NCBI GenBank assembly: GCA_047967505.1
Contig: CM106538.1
Strand: one strand, 5' to 3'
DNA from: Dipteris shenzhenensis
Taxonomy: Eukaryota
Length of the DNA stretch: 64,000 bases
The position numbers and the translations under genes were made by a program. Shown here one piece after another: positions 49,795 to 61,900 of the stretch. The notes beneath the pieces were generated by a model that made no database searches, was not told the DNA's origin, and saw nothing but the letters and a program-made list of their open reading frames with translations. The number at the start of each line of letters is the position of its first letter. The first letter of the stretch is position 1.

Positions 49795-51039
49795 GTAAGC
49801 TCCTCTTCACAGTTTCACGTGTTACAGTGTCTACTGGTCAAGATAGGTGTGTTGAAATAGCATAGTAATTGATACATATGTTTTGGTGTTTTAAGGTTTC
49901 TCTCCTTCCTTTGGCTGCCGTTTTTTGGAATAATTGTAATTAGCCTTCTTATTTGAAAAGTGACTCATAAAGAGTATGGCGAAGCTTACTATGAACATGT
50001 ACATAAGAGTGAGTTTGTGCGCGTGCACATGATCTCATGAGCACGTGTATGTATGCAAAGGGACTGTTGATTGGTGATGAGACCAAAGGGACATTATAGT
50101 AGCCAGCTCCTATTTTATTAATCTTGTGGTGACTATCATGAGGTTACAAGCTACTGTTTTTGGTTTGTGTTCATGTGACGACTGCGGACAGACTGTGATA
50201 CTTATCTTGTGGCTGGACCCATGCATGTGGTAGCAAGCAACCATGTGAAATAGAAAACTTAATTAATACTACCCAACCAATTGAGCATATATTGTCAACA
50301 GTTTACTACCCAGCATAGGCTCAAGCATTCTTCAACATTACACCCCGAGCCGTAATCTTACAAATGTTTCTTATGCTAATTTTGAACAGATGTCCGTGTC
50401 TGCATATATGCAAGATCACCATATCTTCACATATGCAAGTGTTACTTGATGGATTTAGTCCAAGCTGTGGCCAAGGGGAAAGCATTTTGGGATGAGAACA
50501 ATGCTAGACTCTGCAGAAAGGATGCTTAAAACGGGCGTTCTCTGAAAGGGTGCCCATCTATAGTCATCCACAGAGAAATGCTATCAAATATTCTTGAACC
50601 AGGTGAATTCCCTCTAGTTAAACCTTTAAAATTTAGGCTGTTACTCGCCAAACTTTTCCGTACTGTAATTGCAAACTTTTCCAGCTACGTTTGTTTGGAG
50701 GTGAATTGCTTTAGAGTAAGTACACCCTCTTTATTTTCCTATCTTTTCCTGGAGCTTTAGTGAGAAGTAAAGACCTTGGGCTGATTCTGGCTTGAGTCAT
50801 GGCAGCAGCCTACCTTGGATGCAAGTTGGAGCTTACTGACCTGGGAGAATCATGAAGCTGAGCTGAAGAGAGCACAGCATATGGAGCAGGATAGAGGCAT
50901 ATATTATGGTCTGTAACATGAATCGCAGTTAGAAGGAGAGTTCAGAGAAGTCCCTACTGCCCTCACCGCCCCCCCCCCAGTCCTCCCCTAGCCTCTTCTT
51001 TCTTCTTTAATGTGACAGATCTTGCTGATGACGGATTGG

Positions 51040-52170
51040 TTTTTACAGGCTTCAGGTCAGCCTTCCACTTGAGATTGGCAACTGGCTTCACATTCCGCCA
51101 ATCTAGATAGAGGTGGCACATTTTGTATTGTCCCTGGGGATTCTACGCCTGACCACTGTCCGGTGGTTCGTACTATTTTGAGCCACACCACTTCTTGTTC
51201 TGCTAGTTTCAAGATTTGGAGGCTTTCTACAAAGAGTTCTTAGTGGCAGTTGTCCGTATTTGGGAGTCTTATTTGCAGGATGATATGTGCTCTCCTTCTT
51301 TGCCAGTAACTCTTTTCATACTAGTGAGTTCTTTCACTTTGTTGCCAAGACCAAGAGATTGCCATCCAATAGCGGGCTGAAGTGCAAAAGAGATCATCAA
51401 ATGCCTAGGTTCATGAGCCGCTTGCTATGGTAAGGGCTCATCAATAGCAACTTCTGGAATGGAGGGCTGAGCTTTCTTACCATACATGTGAATCGTTTTG
51501 GATAGAGTCAATAAACACTTTTTCTTTGCTCTTTGGTCCTCGACATGGTAGAGGAAGTGTTTCCTAGTTAGTGGACTCTAACGGTATTTTGCACGGAGAT
51601 CCACAAAAATCATGTTATTTTGCTTGCCTTCTCACAGCAGATCCCCACACACCTTAGAGAGGTAGTGCCAAGCTGAGGGTTTGGCAGAGTGTTCCATTGT
51701 TGGTGACTCCGGATATGAGGATCTCACTTGATGCACCATTCACCAACGCAGAATTCAGGACTGCATTATTTGCCATGCATATGGGCAAATTCCTTCTTCA
51801 TCGCTTTTTGGAGGACATTGGTGATCATGTTACTTCAGCTTTTGGTGAGCACATGTGATTCTACTTTTTTACTTATTGAGGGGGGTGCAGAAATTTGGTC
51901 ATACAATCACACTGTTGCACCCTGTGGAGGCCAATCGTACTCTTGTAGCCCATTCTGATTTGCTTCACGGTACACAGATGGGCTTTGTGCATGGCTGTAT
52001 GTTTTCATTCTAGGAGGCCTTGGAGGGGCCAGGCATAGCGGTCATGACCTTGCTATTCTACTTTTATATTTTGAGGAAGCTAATGAAAGAGTAGATTGGG
52101 TTTCTTGGAGGACACTTTGCTTTTGTTTTGCTTTTCTAATTCTTGGATCGAAGGGATTTACGCTCTCTTT
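51040..52170 (+). mobile_element. Highly decayed LINE ORF2 fragment
   Basis: Remnants: NLDR, DHCPVV (endonuclease end), QMGFVHG, DLAILLLYFEEANERVDW (RT LDFEKAYDRVDW-like). Confidence 0.55.
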
Positions 52171-52189
52171 AGATCAGGTTCTTATTATG

Positions 52190-55100
52190 GATTCTAGAAC
52201 TCCATCCCCACAACGAGTACATCTGCCATCAATCCGCTGCTCTAGCCAGGGGCCGATGGGCAGACCCCCATGCGCCAACAACCTGAAGAAGTAAGAGATC
52301 TTCCACGGCCGCAAAATCGGCCTATGACCTCACTCAGGACATCTTGCTCTCACGAATCGATGCTCCCTCCAAGGGGGCCATGTTGTTGCCTCCAGCTGTA
52401 GACGATGCCTTATGCGAGTGGTATACGAGAAGGAGACCACCTCTATCTGGTCCGAGTGCCCTATGTGGGCAGGCCAAAACCACTCCCCTGGGTCCCACTG
52501 AATACCACATAAGGATGTGCCCGCTCCCTCTGGGGTCGATAAGATGATGGAAGGATCGATGTACCAAGTCCTGCCCAAGCGACCCACAATCCTGACCCTC
52601 TGCCACTCCAAGTCCTCTATGTCCACCTCTGTCTCCTCCTCCATCTCGGACTCGTCCTACAATGAGCCTCCCGGTCCCACCCGATAGAAACGAGACTGGG
52701 GGGAACCAAGAGACTCTCAAAAAGAGTGTATCTGGAGCAATAACCCTATCCACGAGAACTGTCCTGACCAACAATGGGGGGTCCAGGGGCTCTGTAGTCC
52801 CTCCCACCAGGAGTCCGAGATCGCCTCCTCAATCTTTTGCATCCTAATTTGTGCTCCCCAGAGGTAGGAGAGGGCCTGTATGCGGGCCTTTGTCTCTTTA
52901 GAAAGTCGTCTCCATGTCCCAAAGGATCTGGCCGGTCCCTTTTCCTAGTGTGCCCATCCGATATGAGTCCACTGCCCCAGCATGCGCCCCTCTAGGCCTC
53001 TGACATCTGGGTGCCATATGAGAGGCTGCCTCTCAAACTCCTCTCTGCAAGACAGCCTAGCCTGTATGAGTCCTCTTGCCAATCTCTGCCACACTCTATA
53101 GAGACTCCCCATCAACGGAGAGCCCTTCCTTGTTAGCGGAGCCTCGGAGAAGATCCACCTGTAGGATTGCTGCCACCATCCCCCAATGCGAGGCGTGTTC
53201 CCAAGAAGCCCCGCTAGAGTAGGAGTTTCCAGGGGTCTGCACCCAAGGTAAGGCCTCTTACAACCAGCTTGCCTAAGAGGGCTCTTTTCTGCATCTGTGG
53301 GTCAATAATGCCAAGTCCCCTCTACATCTATGGCAAGATCACTGTCTGCCAGGCCACCCTAGCTCCAGTGTTGCGCGTGCCATCCGATCCCAACCAAAGG
53401 AAGCTCCCTACTAGGCGCCGTAGCTCCCCCATGCAGCCTCGATGAAAACACCAACACGAGGCGATGTACCAGGCTTTGGCTAGGAGCACCTGGTTTACCT
53501 CTAGTGCACGTCCCGCAAGTGAAAGTTTGGCAGAGCTCCAGTATAAGAGTTTCCGCTTGACACTCTCTAGGACCGGGCTGAATTGCTGCTGTGTGCCGAA
53601 ATGTCAATGCCTACCTAGCAGACGAGGTAACGCGTTGTCTCTCCTCTCGGGATCCAACGAAAGGAAAAATCAGCTTCCCAATCTCGAACCTCTTGGGTGT
53701 CCTCCGAGCCTGTGAAGAAACCAACGTATTTGGTCCAATTTATTCGAGCTCCAAAAGCCTCACAATAATTGGCTAAGGCCCCTCTGACCCTCTCCAGGCT
53801 GGCCGTAGAGCCATCCACATAGAGTGTTGTGTCATCTGCAAAGGAGCTCCTCGTCCTGCTTGATTAGAAGCCGCATCCCTATAATACCAAGTGTTTGGGA
53901 GCGCAGGAAGTAACCTAAGGCCTCTACCACAAAAAGGAAAAGATAAGGGGCCGACGGGTAGTCGTGCCTCATCGAGCGGGAGAGAGGGAAGGCTGATACC
54001 CCTCTGATCCATCTCTCTGAGAAACTAATCCTTTGCATGGTTCCCTCCAAGAAGGACCACTTCACCTTGTCATATGTCTTCTCGAAATCGAGAAGACGAA
54101 CGACGGGCGGTTGCACCTCCTCCCTGGCCTAGTCCACTGGCTCATGGATGATATCTCTGAGGTGGGGTCTCAGACGTAGACTCAAGACCTTAGCCAAGAT
54201 CTTGTAAGTGGTGTCCAGAAGGGTAATCGGCCTCCACTGCTGAATGTTTGATCTGTCGCCCCTCTTTGGAATCAGGCATGTCCAGCCTCTGCTCAGTGTT
54301 GGAGTGATCCTGAGTCGAAGATCTTCTGGCAGGCCAGTCTGAAAGGGGTGGAGATATGCTCTCAGAAGCATCGAACAAAGCTTGGGGTTAGGCCATCCTC
54401 GCTAGGGCACTTCTAGGCTGGAAGGGCCCGAAGGGCCTCTCACAACTTCTCATCCGTGAAAGGAGCCTCTAACCGTCTATTAAGGCCTTGCGAAACTACT
54501 GAGGGGACCTGCTCCTAAACCGCCTCTCTAGCCAGAATGGTGGTGGGCGATACCTCCTATGACTGAAAAAGTTGACTGTAGAAGGTTGTAGTCAACTCAA
54601 GGATCTCCTACGGGTCCGTGCACGTGTGTCCCTGTGGGTCTCAAAGTCGTTGAAGCTGGGCTCCTACGGACCACGGTCCGGTGGCCAGATTGAACTGTCT
54701 GGTCATCCTATATCCCTCTTGGACCACCTAGTTGGGAAGAATGGTATGAGAACTCTGCTCTGCGAACCTCCAAAACGTGCAGCTCCAAGCGTGCACACTC
54801 CAGGTGATCCCTAAGCCACCGGGATCCTGGATCCTTCTCCCTGAGTCTCTCGATAGATGCAAGGTCTCTGCGAAGAGCTGATCTCATCTGTGGGCTTGAC
54901 TCTAGAGTTCCCAACTGCTACGTTGAATCCTCTCAGCCGCCCATCCCTCCTCGGCTCTGCTCTCAGGCTGTCTTCAAAGATCTGCTATCAACGGCTGAAC
55001 GTCCGCCTCTTGGAAGAGAGCATTTGATATACAAACCCCTTTTTGGGGGAGTCAGCGACGGGGCTGCTCTCAGTGCAGAACCGCTGGAGAATGTCCGACA

Positions 55101-57900
55101 TCGTGGTGCCTGCTAAAATGCCAGTGGATCCACCGCGGAGTCGATCTCAATCCCCAATATAGAATCTATGCAGACACTTCCGTAGTCCATCCTACCTCCG
55201 TTGCCCGAAGGCGAAACGCAGGCTGCCTGGGGTCCTGGTTAACTCGGGCTCTCACCAAGGGTCCAATGAATTGCGTCCAAGTACTCCTCTCCCTTGCTTA
55301 TCCCTCAAGAACTCAAGATTATTGAAGTCCCCTCCAACAATCCATGAGTCCACCTCTGGGAGGCAATCCGTGAGCTGTCGCCAAATAGTCAGGTGGTGTT
55401 GTTTGCAAGCGGGTGCGTACACACTCAAGACACCAATGTGAGCCTCTCCCACCTAAAGGCCCATCCACACTGCGAGGTCTGGAATGAGCTCACCGTGTGC
55501 AAAAATGTCTTGGCTACCGCTTGGGATACTAAGATGTAGACCCCTCCGCTCCTCTGCCAACTGCTGGGGCCAAACCTCTGGACCCCTCCCAGGGAGAAGA
55601 TGGTGACGGCATGTGATGTCTACTGTGGAAAACATGTGCTCTTGAATCAAGAGAGAGTCAATTGGTCCACCTTCTAGAGCCCGCTGCAGTTCTTGACGGA
55701 GAATTAGGTACTGCGGCGGCTGACTGCGCGCACGGTCATGAAGGCCATGCACATTCCAACTCACCACGGTCAAAGTCATGGGGAAGGGGTGGCATTGAAC
55801 AAGGCTCGCTTGTGCGTGGGAGCCTGCTCTAAGAAACCTGGCTTCAGCGACTTCATCGGAGGTTTGGAGGCAGAGTAATCTGTGTCCGTGCGTTGACGGA
55901 CTAGAGTCGCCACTGGCTCGATCCCTACCTTGTGTGCCTAATACTGCACGAAGGAGACATCTACACCGAAGAGGTCAGCACACTGATGAAGGGTCCAATA
56001 GTGAGGTTGTGAGAGAACTGTCTCCGATGGTAGGCGGATCACTGCTATAGCCAGGCTGACCTTGGCTTCGCTGGAGAGAAGCATGTCCTAACCTTGCCTC
56101 CTACTCCCCTCTCCTTCAACCTTGCAACTCCTCCTCTCCCTTTCCTCCTCCCTTCTCCTCTTTCTCCTCCACCCCCATGCCCTTACGCCTTCTTCCTCTC
56201 CCACTCCTATGCTCCCCCTAACCCCTTACCCTCTTAGATTAGTTCCTCAACCCTTGACCTCCATGATCTACAAGGGAGATGAGTTCTCCACCATGTACTC
56301 TACTCTGAACCGTGGATCCGCTCACAGACTCATCATTGTGACCCCGCTCCCCAGAACTGTGGGAAGAAACTGAGTCCTAGCTACCTAGAGCGCTGACTTG
56401 TTGCTGCTGCTAAGGAGAGGTCAATGGGGGAGCCTTTTCCTTACCTTGCTCACGGAAGCGAGGTCAGTTACTGTGCTGGCGAGGTGCTCAAGGAAGAGGC
56501 TGCAGCTAACTGAGGGGAAGGGCGGGTAGTAAGGGTAATCACCGGTGAAGTAGGCCGAGGCAGCGTAGGAGAGGAGGCACGGGAGGGGGCTGCAAAGAGG
56601 AGGTTGGCGGGTCCATGGGAGGGGGAGAAGAAGGTTGTGTGGAGTGTGCTACTGTCTTTTGGGAAGGGTGCTGCAATGGAGGCACCTGCGTCCTCTGAGG
56701 CACTCCTCCAAGCTCGGAAGGGGGTGAGCCAGATAGGCTGTGGGCACTGGTGCTCTGGAAGTCTTTGGCGCCGGCTCTGGCTACGGTGGGGGGTTCTGCG
56801 GTGGACGAGAAGTCTCTCCTCTGGGGGGGCGTGAGGTATGTCGTGAGGTTGATGTCTCCCTCTCCGGATCACGCGATACCTTTGGACCTCCAATCGGATC
56901 TTATGATTGTGAGCTGCTTGTGCTTGCCTCTTACGGTTGGCACGATGTCAGTGATTCTTTTTGGCCCACTTGCTCCTCTTCTTTTTCCCATCTACCCTTC
57001 GAAGGCTCTACCCAGGGGGTTTGCGACCCTGGCTGCTGTCTCTGAGACTTCTGTTGCGCCCGCCTAGGTGGCCTCCAAGTCCCCTCCCCTCTCATGTCGC
57101 TATGTTGTCCTTGTGTCTCCTAGGGGGAAGGATGAGTCCAGTACTGGCCTCGTGTACAATTTTGAGCTAGGCGCCCCATTTGTCTACACCTCAAACACTG
57201 GTCTGGTAAGTTTGAAACCTCTAGACAAAGAGTACCCCCCTCCAAAGTGTCTAAGTGAATCACGTCTGGGAGGGTATCTAGGCTCTCTACCACGAGTCTG
57301 AGTCGAGGAACCCCATCATTTGTCAGCACTTTCGCCTCTGACTCTGTTGCATACTCCAAAACTGTGCCAAATGCTCGTCGAATGGAAGAAAGGATGGACA
57401 TGTATTCCATCGGAAGTCTCGGGAAGCAGAGCATCACTGGGAAGCGAGGAACATGGTGATTCAAGTCCATGTCCTCCACTGTGAATCCACGATACCAAGG
57501 GATGAGGTAAACCGGAGTCCCAATAGGATAGGGCTGCGCTCCACGAGAGTTAGAGCTAGTTGGAGGAGGAAAACACCACATCCATAGATAGTGACCTCCT
57601 GAATGTGGTCACCGTCTTGTGCCAGGCTGGCCTGGATCCAGTCCCTAATTTGCCTCGTCAAGGGAGTGAGGCCTACTATCATGCCTATAATAGCTTTATC
57701 CTGTAAGAGATTCACTGTCTGTTGTACATGTTGCTTATCCGCTGGTGATAGAAGAACTTTGACAGCTAGTGGAGTCGAGGGTGTTGTCATAGAGCCCCTC
57801 TGGCCAGACCAAAGGTTGCCACCAAGGTCCGAGTCACTAGCAATAAGCAAAAAATTGCACCATTTGTAAAAGGCGGGAAAGGAAGGAGAAGAAGCGAGAA
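52190..57900 (-). mobile_element. L1-type LINE, family B, ORF1 plus ORF2, 3'-truncated and degraded
   Basis: ORF1: DKAIIGMIVG..IRDWI..YGCGVFL and CLRCRQMGRLAQNC. ORF2 starts MTLTVVSWNVHGL at 55779 and contains VYAP, WIVGGDFN, WRPITLLDT, LDFEKTYDKVKW. Colinear with 24300-28200. Confidence 0.9.
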
Positions 57901-58424
57901 GCAAAAAGCGCCCGAGAGAGGAAGGCCACCAAGAAACCGGCCTAGCCCCTAAATAAAGACCCCGAAGCTCTGCCTAAGGCAAGCTCTTAAACTTGGAGAG
58001 AATAGTGAACTATACAATTGAGTTGCCACGAGGAAGAGCTAGCCACAAAGAAGCTTTCCACGAGCCCGGGAGTAGCTTCAAATCTCCTTCTTCTTGAGGG
58101 GGCTGATCATGCTATTGGAGGAAGGAAAATGATTGTACACTACAAGGAAAATGAGAAGACAGCAGCCGAGCTGCTTTGGACGTCAGTGGGTGCCCTTGCA
58201 CTGGTCCTCATAGTGGGAGCGGCACCTAGCTGCTGGTGGGGGTGGCAAATGGGGAAACGCCCCCACTGTACGGTGCCACAATCCATACGATGGGCTGTGG
58301 CAAGATTGAAGCATAGGGAGGGGTAGCGGGATCAGTGCGCCCCTACCTTGGTGATCGTGGCGATCAGGCTGCCAGGCAGAAAGCTGGAACGGTGAGGGAG
58401 AAGGGCCAGGGAAGGGAGGGATGG

Positions 58425-58566
58425 CTGCCTTATCTTCTAGCTTATGCCTCAGCCGAGAGGTAACATGTGCATACACCAAGGACCCAAACACACACGTGTG
58501 CAATCACAGGCTTATGGCATGACCATCCTTCATAAGAGTGATGCTCTTCAATGCCCGTGTAGGTGC
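58425..58566 (-). mobile_element. Small copia integrase fragment
   Basis: CVFGSLVYAHVTSRLRHKLEDKA. Confidence 0.6.
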
Positions 58567-58953
58567 TCTTTTTTTTTTTCATAAAAGAGACTTCTATTAA
58601 GTAAGAAAGAAACCCTCTAGAGCAAGCTCTGTGCGGAAATACAGCATGCTAAGCATGTAATAAAAAACACCTCAGAGGAAGTAGAAAGAGATCAAGGCTG
58701 AGGCTGAAAATGCCATCTCAACCCTGTAGAAGTCTCAGCAAAGAAGGGAGAGTCTCTCCAATCTCTGAGAAAAGTAACTCTCCTGGAGGAGGCTGCTCGA
58801 GATGATCCCTGCATGGTCGCCCAAATGGCCATCAGAGTGTGTATCGTATCTGTCCAAGTACTGGCCAAGATGTGAGAAGGGTGAACCTGAGAACCCTCCA
58901 AAGCCTCAGTGCATCCGGCTCTCCAAATGTGCCATGCTGCAATGCTAGCTAGG
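58567..58953 (-). mobile_element. LINE family A 3' end, interrupted by the copia insertion
   Basis: T-run at 58568-58579; reverse complement of TTAATAGAAGTCTCTTT; encodes HPSHILASTWTD...WHFQPQP. Confidence 0.88.
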
Positions 58954-61900
58954 TGAAGGAATAGGAAGTGACTGAGAGCAAGAGAGATTTAGAGAGCAGG
59001 AAGCTTGGAAGCTGAAGACGTAGTTGCAATAGAATAGAGTGTAAAGAGTACAACTCAAAGTGAGAAAAGATAAGGTTTTGTCCTAGTGACAAAACCTTAG
59101 TAGTCACTAACCATAGTTAGTGAACTAACTGCGGTTAGGGGGAAAAACCTCTTAAAGAGGGAAAAGTGCCCCTAACTAGCTTATTATATTACATTGGTCA
59201 CTGCTGAATTATATCTATAATTCTAACACCCCCCTGCAGTGCCAATGTCATGTACAAGGCTGATCAATCACCAAACGGATATAAGTTCAGGGCACTGCCA
59301 AATGCCTCAAACTTTTCACGTGGTAGTGCTTTGGTGAAAATATCTGCAACGTTGTCATGTGTGGACACAAAGATCATACTGATCTCTCCTGCATGCAACT
59401 TCTCTCTGACGTAGTGATAGTGAACCTCAATGTGCTTCGTGCGAGCATGAAACACTGGATTCTTTGCCACTGCAATGGCACTCTGACTATCAATGAGAAT
59501 TGGAGAAGGACCCTCCAAAGACAGATGAAGATCAGCAAATAAACGTCTCAGCCAGACACATTCAACTGTTGCTGTGAAAGCTGCCCTGTACTCAGCTTCA
59601 CATGATGAGGTAGCCACTGTAGATTGTTTCTTGCTCAGCCATGAAATGCAAGACTTACCCAAAAAGAAACAATTGCCACTAGTGGACTACCTAGTGTCAT
59701 AATCACCAGCCCAATCTGAATCACTGTAGGCATGCATCTGCAAGTCACCCCCCTTGGGAAATAGTAAGCCAAAAGATTTTGTGCCCTGCAAATAATGGAA
59801 GATGCGCTTAACTGCCTGCCAATGCATAGTTTTTGGGCTGTGCATGTACCTGCTCACCTGAGATACTGCAAACTGAATATCAGGTCTAATGTTGCAGAGA
59901 TATATGAGGCATCCAACAGCTTGACTGTAAAGTGTGGCATCAACTGATTCTCCTGCATCATGCATTGTGAGTTTCAGCCCCGGCTCCATAGGAGTGGCTA
60001 TGGGCTTACACTCTTGCATGTTAAATCTGTCCAAGAGTTTCTGTACATACTTGGACTGAGACATAACAGTGCCACGTCTCTCATGAGAGAAGTGGATCCC
60101 CAAATAAAAGTGAAGCAGCCCCAAATCTAACATGTCAAAGTTGGTCTGCAAATCAGCTTTGAAATCTGCAATTTTTTCTTCATTGGACCCTGTGAGCAGT
60201 AAGTCATCGACATAAAGAAGGATGACTAATATTTCCCCCCCATCCATCTTGATGTAGAGGGTGCTCTCAGTAGGACTATTGTGCAGCCCCTTGCTGGTCA
60301 AAAAGGCATGTATCTTAGCATACCATGCATGAGGGGCCTGTTTCAGCCCAAATAAAGCTTTATTGAGTTTGCATACTTGAAGTGCATTTGCTGTAATTTC
60401 AAAGCCCGGAGGTGGTTTGACATACACCTCTTCCAGCAAGTCCCCATTTAAGAAGGCTGTTTTTATGTCCAACTGATGAACATTCCACTCAAAATGTGCA
60501 GCCATTGCAATTACTGATCAGATGGTGGTCATCCGGGATGTAGGAGCAAATGTCTCCTCATAATCTATGCCCTTTTTCTGAGCATAGCCCTTAGCAACCA
60601 GCCTGGCCTTATATCTGTCAATGGAGCCATCTGGCTTCCGTTTGACTTTAAATACCCATCGTGTGCCAATAGCATGTTTACCCTGTGGCAAGTCCACAAC
60701 ATCCCAAGTCTGATTTTTTGCAATGGACTGCAACTCATCGTGCATGGCATTCATCCAATGCACATTACCTTTTGCTTCTTCAAATGTGGCAGGCTCCTCC
60801 TCATCAAGGAGAGTACCTGCATATGCTGATTCAACTGAATTAGCACCTTCCATGTGCCTTGCTGCACTGCGAGTCCTGCCAGGTAACAGAGCATCAAGTT
60901 TACTCTCCCTGAGAGTCTGTAACAGCCAGTTTGGGACTGTTTTTGCTGCATGTATGTCTGCAATTTCTTGCTGCACCACTTGTTCCACTGCCTGTGGAGG
61001 AGGCAAGACATCCTGTGGCGGAACTGAAGCATTTGAAGGTTGCTGTAAATTCTGATTTGGATCAGAAAAATCAGTAGAGGAACCCAAAGCAATGGGTAGC
61101 AACCCTTGAAAGACATCCTCTGAAGATGAAGGCATTTGAAATTCAGCCTGAGTGTGAGCTGAATTTTCAGAAAATATCACATCTCTACTTACAATGATTT
61201 TGCGTGTAGCAGGATTGTAGAGACGATACCCCTTGCTTTCTGCACTGTATCCAACAAATATGCATTTGATGGCTTTATCTGACAATTTGTGCCTAAATTC
61301 AACTGGCACATGTGCATAGGCAAGGCATCCAAAGACTCGGAAGTGATCCACTGAAGGCTTCTTGTCATTCCAGACCTCAAAAGGAGTTTTTGTTTTTAAA
61401 GCCTTAGTGGGAGCCCTGTTCAAAAATGTAATTGGCACACATCAAACCCTCTAGCCAGAATTTATGAGGCATGTGTTTGCTTTTCAGCATACATCTGTCC
61501 ATCTCCATGAGGGTTCTATTCTTCCTCTCAGCTTTGCCATTTTGCTGAGGGGTCAGCGTGACTGTGAGCTGATGCACAATACCCTTTTGCTTGAGAAAAG
61601 CATCAAATTCTGCAGATAGGTATTCCCCACCTCTATCCGTGCGTAATGTCTGTATCTTGAGCCCAGTTTCATTTTCAACCATGGCTGAAAAGTGTTTAAA
61701 CACTGTGAAGACTTCAGATTTCTTTTTCAGCCCATAAACCCAAGTAAAATTGGAGTAGTCATCAATAAATGTGACAAAGTAGAGATGACCACCCAATGAC
61801 GGAGTCCTCATGGGACCACAGACATCACTGTGTATTAGCTGCAATTTGCGAACAGCTTTAACTGAACCATCCTTCTTCAAGGGGAATCTATGCATCTTAC

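Noticed and set aside
49795-51040. Next WDR89 exon (expected V.xVGTSIGKIGF...LWCLTHIE-like)
   Set aside because: I found no such peptide with splice sites here or later; it probably lies beyond the window.
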